A DNA stretch of 64,000 nt from Takakia lepidozioides. Taxonomy: Eukaryota > Plantae > Bryophyta. Numbering within the stretch: the stretch's first letter is position 1; each line of letters begins with the position of its first letter. Under the pieces are notes generated by a model. It was given only the letters and a program-made list of their open reading frames with translations, did no database searches and was not told where the DNA came from. Both the position numbers and the translations under genes were made by a program. Where the stretch lies: positions 32,550,001 to 32,614,000 of the forward strand of contig CM060731.1 of NCBI GenBank assembly GCA_030704615.1. Reading direction: 5' to 3'. Positions 51,061-62,010 of this stretch are shown here, piece after piece.

Positions 51061-54000
51061 CCTCTGACAACCTTCCCGTCGCCTGCAAATATCAAACCCA
51101 CATAAATCCTCCTCATGCATAAAATTCATAACTTCCCATGCTCCAGCTCTTTAAAGCACATGAAAAGACGTCAAATAGGATCACCGTACCTCTTTCAGAA
51201 CCCATCCTGAAGTCAGGCTCTAGGAAAGCTATATGGTAAGAGTAAGTACCTGAAAGTGGCGCATGTGAAGAATGGGCTCGCATCCAAGATCTGCCACCTT
51301 CTGCCCAGCTATTTCAGCTGTGAACACACGTGCACGGTTGGCAGCCAGCAATTGCTCGCCTGGAGTTTTCACGAGTCGACAGACTCGGAGCAAGGAGTCC
51401 AAAGAATTCATCTGAGCACCCATCACAGCCAATCCCAACGATCCATGTACAGTGAGCCATGTTTGTGTACTACATTGTCTGTAGCGGTGCTTTCGGAAAC
51501 CCCAACTGATGTCACCCCTCACATAAGTTCTTTCACTATCAATGTAGAAAACTGATAGGAGTAGGTTTAATGAAGTACCACTTACTTGGAAGTCAGAGAA
51601 TATCAAAAGAGTAAAACCATGAACAAGAAACAGGGTTTACTAAGCCTCACTTTTTAAGTTCGTCTGGATCCAGCGTGGCATAATTGACTCAGTCAGCGAC
51701 CAAGACAACCTGACAACAATCCATTGGAAATGCAACAATTCTACGAGAAATACTGACCTTCATGTATGGACATGAAGCACAGCCTCCATTAAGCGAGCAG
51801 CCTTCTCCAGAAGCCACTCCTGGAACAATTGGCAGCTTTGCCAAAGATGATTCATACCCCACAGTCTGTTGTGAGGTTGATGTAGCACTGATGGCATCGG
51901 AAGAAACTGGGAAGACAATTTCCACCTCAACATTTACCTCTCTGTCATTGGCTTTAGCTTGACCCTGCTCTAAAAGCTTGCGCACAGCTCCTACAATTGC
52001 TGTGATCATACCAGATTCTGTTCCCAACACGAACTGGAGACGGTCGTCAAAGCCACGGTCTAATGATTCTTGCACATGCAGCTGAATGAAGTCTAGTATG
52101 TTTTGTGTAGATCCAACTACTCCCCTACCCCGCTGTTTGGCCTCCATTGCTAGTGCAAACATCTCCCCGGGGACCTCAAAGTGGGCTGTCTGATACGCAT
52201 CCCCATAGCCTTGTCGAACTCTATCCACCACATCCTTACCAAACAGATCATGCACCATGCATGACCCATCCTGCAAATATTCAACATTACCTTTCAGTCA
52301 AACGCAGAATTAGAGAACAGAGGCATTATTTCATTGCATGCTCCGTGATTCAAAGCCACCAAAGCACATCTCTCCAGGAATAATGCACAAAAGACCTCTC
52401 TGATACTGCACAACTGGTTGATGCCCAAGTGTATGTTCAGCTAGAACTTGGACCTCTCCATTGTTTTACAATTAAGTTGTTGAGGAACAAAGATAGGGCA
52501 GAGTGTATTTCTCAGAGGGGAGTCTGAACCTGCACTCCAGTTGTCATCCCTTTGCCACGGTAGTGATGATCAAGACACAACCTAAGCTTGTAATCTTCAT
52601 AGGGGCAGAATCTTCCTAAATGTCATGCAGGAGTTGACAACTTTGCAAACCACCCTCACACTCATATGCTGACCAACTTTACATATTAGACTACTACTTT
52701 ACATAATAGACCAGATAATATACTCACTGCTACCATCAAAAATTCCATCGCAACCAAACTCTGAACACCTTGAACTTGAGCTTGAACAGAAAGGCGAAAA
52801 GCAAGGGAACGGACCTGGAAGTAGTGAAGACGGGGTAAGAGTGCAGCAATGGTACGCCTTGTGTGCAAAGGATGCACAGCCTTTATCTCATCATCACTCA
52901 GAGCCAGCATCTGCTGAAACATCTCCACCAGGTTTGCGCCCATGTACGAATCTGGGCCATACCATACAGTCACGTCTGGCACTTGGGCAAATGCCTGCAC
53001 CAACCATCCAATAGCCCATATCAGTGCTGATCCCAAGGGGGCAGATGACATAGTTTCAATCTTTCGCCCTCATAACCTTTACTGACAAATTTCCATTGAT
53101 TCAGTGAGCATACACTTGTCTTCCACCCCCCTTCGTCAGTCCCTTCCATTTCAACACCACAAAACCTGATCCACAACCAAGACCTGACAGTAGAAGACAC
53201 TTAGTAAATATCAACCAGCAAAAATAAAACGCAACCAACCTTAGGGAGGGGGACAAAGCCAAGGACTCAACCTGCAGCACGGTTTGCACTACGTTGGATG
53301 ATGTGCACGTAATGGTGGGGACCAAAGCATGAGCATGCGCCTTTGTCTCAAGTGATGTATTGATGTAAATCACATGCAGTGATGCCGGAGTTGCCGATGC
53401 TGCATTCAAAAACTTAAGATAGGTGGGACTCTCAGCTGCCTCTGCCAAAGAGCATCCAATATGATCTGCTGACATGCGAAATACCCCCACCTATAACAAC
53501 CATCCAACCAGTCCAGTTAGTGCGATCCAGGGAGTCACTCTCCCATTAACAAGAAATTATCCAATAGGTATATGGAAGTGACCTTCAAAGTTAGAAAGAA
53601 GGTGCTCCCCCAGAGCAGATCTCTGGGCCAACTACACAGGACCTTGACTGGACTGGGGCAAGACACTAGGTTCTGGGACCCATGTAAGAGCCCAAATCCT
53701 CTCTGTATCTATGGGATAAAGGAGATAAGGACAACAAACCCACCTGCTGATGCTCGGCACGATCAAGGATGGCTCTCACGTTTTCAGCCATGAAATCCAC
53801 TCCTAACACTGCAATATGCTGGCAACCGGCATTCGCCATCTTGACAGCACGGTCAGCCATCACCAATGAATCTGAGATATGGATGTGCGGCCATATCTTT
53901 TGAGCTGCTACAAGCACCCCTTGCACCTCAGGGTCCATGTAGAAGTGTGCTACCACACCTATCTGTTTCTGCTTCAGCAGCTCTGCTAGCTCCAGCACTT

Positions 54001-56071
54001 TTGTTGTGTCAGGCATCAAGTACTTAACCTGCAGCATCCATGTTTCACATACAATGAGTCAAACAGGACACATCCAGTTAGTCAAGCATGATAGTCCACC
54101 AACTCCATATTCCTATGTAGTGATTGCTGCTCCCACAGCTGATTATTAAGCTCATAGTTGCAAAACAAGGGCAGTGACAGCCTACAATAGAACTTGACCG
54201 TTCCCAGACCAGTTAACCACCCTAACCATAATGAAATGCAGCCAACTGAACGTTGTGAGAAAACCCCAACCTTAGTTCAGACCCTACCATATTTCTATGT
54301 AATTCGTATCTCCAATTCAATGCTAGCAAGCAAATACCAACAAAGAAGTCATACAACACAAATGCACCCTGTGGGCCATGAAACCTAACTGACAAATTTG
54401 CCACGACTAACATGCTGCATGCGGCTGGGTGGACTATGTCAACATAAACCAAATTCTTAAGTGCAGCTGCCTGCAATGTGGCAACCACTTGGCTATCTTG
54501 TGGAAGCTCGCTAAACAAAATGCTAGCCAATCAGAGATCTAACTAGCCACACCAACTGCACATATGGGAGACCCAAATTAATGTCCCAACCCACTACCTC
54601 AATAGAAGCCTCAAGTTCATGGAGAAAAAGCCCAAAAACCTGGAGGACCCCTAATCATGGTAAACTCAAATGAGTCTGTCCACAACAAACATGGTCAATA
54701 CAACACCCCAATTTGGTTTCCGTCAAGAGAAATGCCCACCTGGGCTTCAGCAAAATCCCCCTGTGCCTTCACATCATTAGCTGTGACAAGAAGAGAAGGG
54801 AATGGCTCAAAGGGCGCAAGGCCAGCCCGCTGTGCAGCGAGCATACTGGTACGTTTCTGCATAGTGAGGAGTACATTGTACCAGGTGTTAGAGCGTGATT
54901 GAGCCTCCATGCCAATGCCCAGCCCTCTCAGGGTGTCTGCTGGCACTGCCAGCACATGTTCAGGTAAACTCCCATTAAGCGCCTGCAGCAGTAGTGCACA
55001 TAGCCCTCGTGTAACCTCTGCATCACTGTCTGCCCCAAAGTAAACTCTGCCATCGGCGCCAAGTTTCACTGTGATCCACACCTGTACCCAGAAATTATTT
55101 GCACTGAGAGGTTAACAATATCTCTGACCAAGTTTGCTTCAACTACTAGCTAATCTCTGCCTGGGCACCACAAGAACAACAAAGATTCTTTTGAGACAGC
55201 CAAAACTTGACACTCACAGACCAACATGACAAAGCTAACCTCGTTGCATAACTTTGAGTGCATGGGATATACAACACTGAATTTTTCCAAACCTGCGCTG
55301 TGCAACCCATGACCCGATTTGCTGGGACATGTGCCTCTGGCGGTAGGCGTGGCAGCCGCGCGGCGTACTGCAACACTCGCTGCATCCGAGAGCGAATATC
55401 CTTCAGCTTCGAGATCTCCTCAACCAGCCGCTGCAACTTGTCAGCCCCACCCTCTTCCTGGCCAGCTGATGACATGACATCATGCTCAATGAGAGCGCAT
55501 CTAGCATTGCCCTGCAGGATTTTGCAGTTGGGTGTAAGAAGATGGAAACTTCGCTTGATCTCCTCCTAGTACTCTTCGCAAAGTATTTGAAAACAAAATT
55601 GACTGCCCTGTAAACACCTATTCCATCCAGCGAGTGAATCAAAGCAGCTCCTGCGAACATTCTCGCAATAACCTCTGGATTCTTTCCTCGATGTAAACCG
55701 CACCCACAAAAGGTTCCTTGCAGCGCTCGACCATATTGACAATTCTCTGTTGAATCCCCTCGCTAGTCTGTAGATGTTTATACAACCCACAACCAAATTC
55801 CAAACGCTAAACAACAAAAAATATAACTCACCCCACATCTAGCGACATTGTACTCCGAGCATCCATTGCGGTCTACAAACTTGCCTACCCTTCTTGATGA
55901 GCGGCCTGCGTAAATCCCACATCCTTGCACCAACGGCATCATTTGAGGTGTAGCCTTCAAAGCAGAAGAGGATGTGCCCGCCTGCGTGCATGAGCGAGGG
56001 CCTACAGCGTTGGCCAGCACGGTCGCGCCCACAACCTCCCTCACCACCGCCATCGACCCCAACACCACCAT
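51035..56071 (-). CDS. QS: Quinolinate synthase, plastid (SufE domain fused to NadA), 9 exons, ~753 aa
   Basis: Exons 56071-55832, 55565-55293, 55081-54740, 54028-53744, 53490-53272, 52994-52815, 52270-51758, 51411-51250, 51082-51035. SufE motif NRVMGCTAQVW. NadA motifs VAHFYMDPEVQ, ISDSLVMA, LGVDFMAE, YINTSLETKA, GTESGM. Three Fe-S cysteines in GCSLA, GSCMVH and CPYMK. Confidence 0.96.
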
Positions 56072-56619
56072 GGTGCCGGCCACGCCAAGCAGAGGCCCCT
56101 AAACGCTTGACCTCAATTACTATCACGCCCAGCCCACAACCACATGCACAGGGAAGGCACGCAGTGCAGTAGCTAAGGAGCTAATGCCCCTCAACCCTCG
56201 GCAGTGTGATGCACGCGTGGCTGCCAGCAGAAGTTACACAAACACAGTGATCAAAGCCAATCCGCAGCGAACAAACGCAGACCACCAGCCCCGCCACGGA
56301 TAGCTTGGTTGAGAAGCTAGAAAGCGACACTGCTACAAATGTGGTGGAGCAGTCTGGAGACAAGACAAAGTGAGACACTGGTGTACTGGTCTCCGATCCA
56401 TGGCATAGGGGCAGCAGCAGGTCAAGGTAGGTGCGGACGAGAAGCAAGGCTGGCAGCTTCTAGCGCTGCTGCTGGGGACAGCAGCAGTTTCTTTCCGCCC
56501 TTCCGTGTCTGTCCACGTACCTCCCGAGCCCTTCATCTGGATCTTGCGGTCTCTTTTGAATGACCCCACCCAAGCTTTCAGCAAACTAGAAAGATTCTGA
56601 TTCCACAAGATTCAGAAAG

Positions 56620-59600
56620 TTTCATGTGTTTTCTATATTATGATGCTCCCGAGTCCCTCCACTTTCTTCCAGTCCTCTTCACATCCTCAGAGGGTTCATC
56701 ATTGCAGCACTGCAAAGATGTGGATTCATCCGAGGCTGCACAGGGAAAGAGCAAGCGCCCCTTCCACTGTCATGCGTGTCATCTTCACGGCATCTTTGGA
56801 TATATGGATTACCTTAAATTAAGAACCATCACACGGAGCTGCCAGTGGTCAGACTTGGGCTTTCCAGATCGACACTCAACAACATGTCAACTCAGCTTGA
56901 AATTAAATTGCGCATCACAACCAGATCAATGCGCCCAGCGTCCCGACCTTTCTAATCTATACAAAAAGGAATGGCATCATTCATGCACCCACCCTACCCT
57001 TGTCTCTCAGGTTGTCTTTTTACGCGCATCAGAAGGCTTGCGCGACACCAGCGTACGTGTGCGGCTCTTTATCAGTCCCACACAAATGGTACTTCTTCAT
57101 TTCAGCCCAGTGTCTTGAACGCGCCACCTCCTGCCTCTGCTTGGCATTGGCTTTCAGCGCTAGATGTTCTGGGCGCATTTCAGCTAGGACTGCCAAGGCC
57201 TCGTCTTTATACAAGAATTCCGGTGGCACTACGTCATGAGGTCCAACTGACACTCCGTCTACCCTTAGACATGCTGGCTCGTGATCCTGATGATATACCA
57301 GCATGGTATTTTTCTTGTTATTTCCTCAGTGGTGTTTGGTTTTGCCCCCTCGTGGTGGTCAGTCAGGGCACAGAGAGACGCGCATCCGTCTTCGCCGTTT
57401 TTTATCTGGAGATTGAGAGAGTCTGCAAGATGCGCATCAATTACGGGCACTAGTTCTTGCGGCACGCGCCCCTCCCGCTTCCTCCATGCAGCCACCCTCA
57501 TCGGCCCACAGGCGACTTCGTCATAGTCTCATGTTAGGCCGCGTTGGCGAGTATTCACGCGCGACCAAGGCTTTAACACCTTCCTCACCAACGCCTCCAT
57601 AACCGGATACTGTTACTGCCTTCGAAGCCCTTCACCCATCAGCTCAGGATATTCTGCCGCTTTTTGTTGAGGACTTCGAGCCAGACCAGGATCTCGGGAG
57701 CTCTTCACTCAGGCCTTCACGCGCAGTCCCCATCTTGCAGCGGCAGGTCCTTCCGGTCTCCTGTATGAACACTTACGCGACTGTTTCTCTCCACAAGACT
57801 CTGCTAGTGGCTTCTCTCAGCTATTTCAGATTTGCTCATTTATTGCTGCTGGCCGTATTCCTGTCCCAGTGGCCCGTCTCCTTGGGGCCTCCAGATTGTT
57901 GGCTATGAGCAAACCCTCAGATACTGACATCCGCCATATCGCAGTTGGAGTGGTTTTTTACCGCCTTGTCAGCCACTCACTTTGTCTTCAGTTTCGAGAT
58001 GCCTTCTCCGGACACCTCTTTCCGCACCAGTTCGGGGTCGCCACTCCAGGCGGTTGCGAGGCGGTGGTTCAGGGGATTTGTGCAGCTCTTGATCTTCATC
58101 CGGATTGGGTGGTTCTCTAGGTCGACGTCACCAACGCTTTCAACATTGTGTCACGAGCGGTTATCTTTCAGGAGCTCCGTTCAGCTGGAGGAGATTTCCA
58201 CCAGCTCATTCCGTTTGTTCGATTATTCTATGCATCCACCACTCCCCTATACTACAGTCATCATTCTCACCTAGGTGAGTGCTCCATCATTCAGTTCAAG
58301 GTTGGGACCCGCCAAGACGACCCTTTAGGAGAACCTTTGTTTGCCATGGCTCATGTCCGCGCCCTCACGGTTTCTGCACAAGTTCACTCATCTTGTCTTT
58401 TTCCGTCGGTGGCAGACGACACGCACATTGTAGGCCCTGCCTCACAAGTACTTTCAACTTACTATCATTTTGTCACCCAACTCTCTGCCGTGGGCCTTTC
58501 AGTGCAACCTCGCAAATGTGCGGTGTGGTCTCCGTCCGGTCTTCTTGCAGATTTTGTCCTCCCTGCTCACTTCATTGCTCCGCCCAATGGCATCAGAATC
58601 CTGGGAGTCCCTTTTGGCACCACCCAGTTCACAACGTTCTTCTTGGAAGATGCACTCCACCAGGATGCCACCCACGCCGATCTCCTTCCTATGCTCGGAG
58701 ATGTACAGGTAGCATATGGAATCTTGACCAAATGTTTCCTTCAGCGTCCCTCATATCTCTTGCGTACTGTTCCACCCAGCCCAGATTTCCTACACCTCTT
58801 ATTTTGTGTTTGATACTACCATGATGACTATCTTCGGGAGATTGTTAGGACCAGAAGCTCTGGAGGGTGTTCAGGGACTTTTTCCACGACAGCAAGCCAC
58901 CTTGCCCGTCTCTTCCGGTGGTGTGGGTCTTTTGTCCACTGTCACTACCGCCCCGTCAGCTTTCCTCGGCAATTGGGCATTGGTGGCGCCAGCCCTCGCT
59001 TCACGATTTCTTTGTGACCATCGTCCCATCCTTATGGACGCCGTTGCACATGTCGATAGTGGCATTTTACCCTTCCTGCAGCATCTCCGCTCTGCACGAG
59101 ATCTTCTTCCGGCACCGGCGCGAACATGTCTACCACCATTTGAGTAGTTGGTTGCTCAAGGCCTCGACCATCTTCAGGAGTCCATTTCCGAGCGCGTGCA
59201 CCGTCGTTCCTTTTCCGACATGCTCTCAAGTGCTTCTTCTGAGTTGCATCGAATCCGACTTCTATCATGCGCAGGACCCGGAGCAGGGGCATGGTTGACA
59301 GCATGACCCACTATCGCACATTTTCGCCTCTCATCCCTTATTTTCACTACTGCGCTCCGCCTTCGACTCGGTTTGCCTCATCCTTCGGCATTGGGCCTTC
59401 AACGCTGCGTTTGTCTTCAGCCCATCGATGACCTTGTCATCCATCTCCTCCGCTGTCCATGTGGTGGTCAGCGCACTGCATCTCATGATATGGTTCGCGA
59501 TGCGGTGACATCTATTGCTCGGGAGGCAGGGTATCATGTACTGCGTGAGCAACCACATCTACGACCCACGCTCACGTCCCACTCTACACGCCGTCGTGTT

Positions 59601-60270
59601 GACATCGTCCTATCTAAAGATGGTTTGCGTACCTTAGCAGATGTCGTTCTCGCCGACCCCACTCGAGTGGATCTGCTATCTCGCGCAGCTACCACACTAG
59701 GCATGGCAGCCACTGTAGCAGCCCAGGCCAAGGAGCGCGACTATAGCGATCGTCACCCCACCGACACATTTCTTCCGCTGGCGGTCGAAATATTTGGCTC
59801 ATTACACCGGCACTTCGACGATTTCCTGCGGACATGTGCACATCATGCAGCCAAGAGCGGGTCCACTGGCATCCCACATGCCTCTGTCCTTGTCGCCTAC
59901 TATCGACAACGTGTTTCAGTTGCTTTGCAGAGAGCACATGTCATCTCTATTTTGCATCGGGCTGATGTGGCTAGCTCCGCGTCATCTTGTCTTCCGCCTC
60001 TGCCTGACACTTTGCCTATCTCCTTGCCTGATCTCCTCCAGGCTGTTGGCTGGGAGGGTCGTTCTGCTTGAGTAGTTTACTATAGCTTCTGTTTTCGTCG
60101 CTGGTTGAGTAGCTTACTATAGCTTTTGTTTTTTTCTCTAGCTGAGTAGCTTACTATAGCTTTTTGTTTTCTTCTCTTGTTTCTTGTTCTCCCCCCCCTT
60201 TTTGGGAACTTCACATCATATGCACGTTCATCCATTGTACATGTTGTAAATAAAGTCTTACAGGGTTTCA
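56620..60270 (+). mobile_element. CRE-clade-like non-LTR retrotransposon (RT plus C-terminal restriction-like endonuclease), inactive
   Basis: RT motifs RHIAVG..YRL, HQFGVATPGGCE, DVTNAFN, GTRQDDPLG, ADDTHIVG. CCHC region followed by HDMVRD, RVDIV, DVVLADP, AKERDY and FLPLAVEIFG (RLE). N-terminal Cys/His clusters. Multiple stops and frameshifts; boundaries approximate. Confidence 0.85.
60069..60170 (+). repeat. Three ~37-bp tandem repeats in the retroelement 3' UTR
   Basis: TGAGTAGYTTACTATAGCTT occurs three times, starting at the ORF stop codon. Confidence 0.85.
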
Positions 60271-61459
60271 TCATTTTCAATTGCTGCTCACAACAAAAAT
60301 AATTCGGAGTGCTGAGGGATCTCATGCTCATTTCCTTCGGTGATTATTAGTTATTAAGTACGCCTTTCGAGATCAAAGAGCAGCATTTGCTACTTGAATC
60401 GATTTAGGAGGTCTCATGGCTCGGATTATGCCATATGGGTGGCCATATCAAACCGTGTTTGTAGGCAAGATCATGTAAGGAATCTCTAAGTATTGAACGA
60501 TGATGCAGCAACCCACGACATCACAATCGACACATGCATTCAACCACCACACCTCACCCTCTCTGTTCGTTAAAAGTCCGCAGACCTTTTCTGCGCATTT
60601 CTGCTGTCTTGTTTGGTTGAAGTCACCTGTCAGGACACTGGACGCTGTACATAAAAGGCCCCGTGCCAGGCTACAGTAAGGTGAATCTGTACGTATCTAC
60701 AATAACTATTCATCTGACTCAAAGGGCGGCGGGTGGGCACCTGAGCCTGGAGATCCTTCGTGGGTCCTTTCTGATATGAGTAATAAAACTTATTAGTCTT
60801 CCTTTCCTGCTCCTAGCCTGACCTTCTCACATCGAAATTCCTGAGACACAGGGTTGGCAATAGAACTTCGGTCTTTTGCTGATGCCAAGTCGTCGGTTTT
60901 GTCCAAGTGGCCAGGATTTAATTCCGACCTGGAGTTTCGGTGGTGACAAATCCTTCAGAAACAGTGTGGCTGACATCCTTTCTTTTGGCAATCATACTGA
61001 GTCTACAACAGTTGACCCATTTACGATGCACTAACATTCTTCTGTGGGTATTTTCAGTAAAAGGGTAGTTGCTTCTTCCGAGCATTGAAGGGGCCCCACA
61101 GAAGTTGCTATATTTATCGCAATAAAAGCAGAGGGTGGCCATTCGGCACTCAGCCTCGAGCACAGCAAGACCTGAAAAGGAATTTCCACAGAATCTAGAC
61201 CCAAGGAGGACCACAGCTTCCTCGAGTGTCTCGAATTGAGCGGGTAGAGAGTCTTGCATGGTTTGGGAGACGGAAAGTGATCAGTGACTGGTTGCAAGCG
61301 TCTTTCAGAGAATTTAGACGGGCCGCGCTCTGGGAGTTCCTGAATTGAGCGAGTACTGGAGGTGGAAGTGTATTGTATCTGTCTGCTGGGTTCAAAAGGG
61401 AGAAGTGAAAGTTTGATGCATGTATTCACCTCGGATTTGATATCCAAGGCGGGGCCTAG

Positions 61460-61960
61460 CTTGGCCCATTGTGTGAAGGCGTTGAAGTGAGGGAATAGGT
61501 TGGCGGTCTATTTGCTTATTATAGAAGTAAGGTGGGCGGGGGGGCGGGGAGAGAGAGGATCTTTCGTCCTGTTTAGGCTGCGTATCTGCTCGGTCTTCTG
61601 CACCGCCGGCCCATCAGGTAAGCTGCCGTTTGGTTTGTGTGAAAGGGGGAAAATTCACTTGAGAGAACAGGAGCAGTGAGGTCGTGGAGAGACCTTCTTG
61701 TGGGGAGCAGTAGGCATGAAGATAATTTCTGTTTTGCAGTGACAACTGTATCGGAGACGATAATGTTTAGTTCTGGCAACTTTGATTCAAACTAGCCCTG
61801 CTTGGAAGTAATTGGATCGTCTTCATTCTCCTGCCTCTTGCTCCTTCTTCTTCATGCTTTGACGCACGCCACGCTGGTCTCTTAACTAACGATTTTTTGA
61901 TCATTGCGCCTTTGGCATTCGTGCTGCAGGGAAGTTGGTTGATTGGCTTCTTTCTACAGG
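61460..61960 (+). promoter_or_regulatory. Putative AO core promoter and 5' UTR intron
   Basis: Site II-like GGCCCA at ~61463, AT-rich TTATTATAGAA at ~61516, strong donor CAG|GTAAG at 61618 and acceptor TTCTACAG| at 61959. Confidence 0.5.
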
Positions 61961-62010
61961 AAGATATCTGCGGATCTGGTTTGCAAGAGGGAAGAAGGAG
62001 GAGCCATGCC

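Noticed and set aside
50141-51105. Two similar plus-strand ORFs (141 and 169 aa)
   Set aside because: They arise from the duplicated QS 3' region read antisense and have no protein motif.
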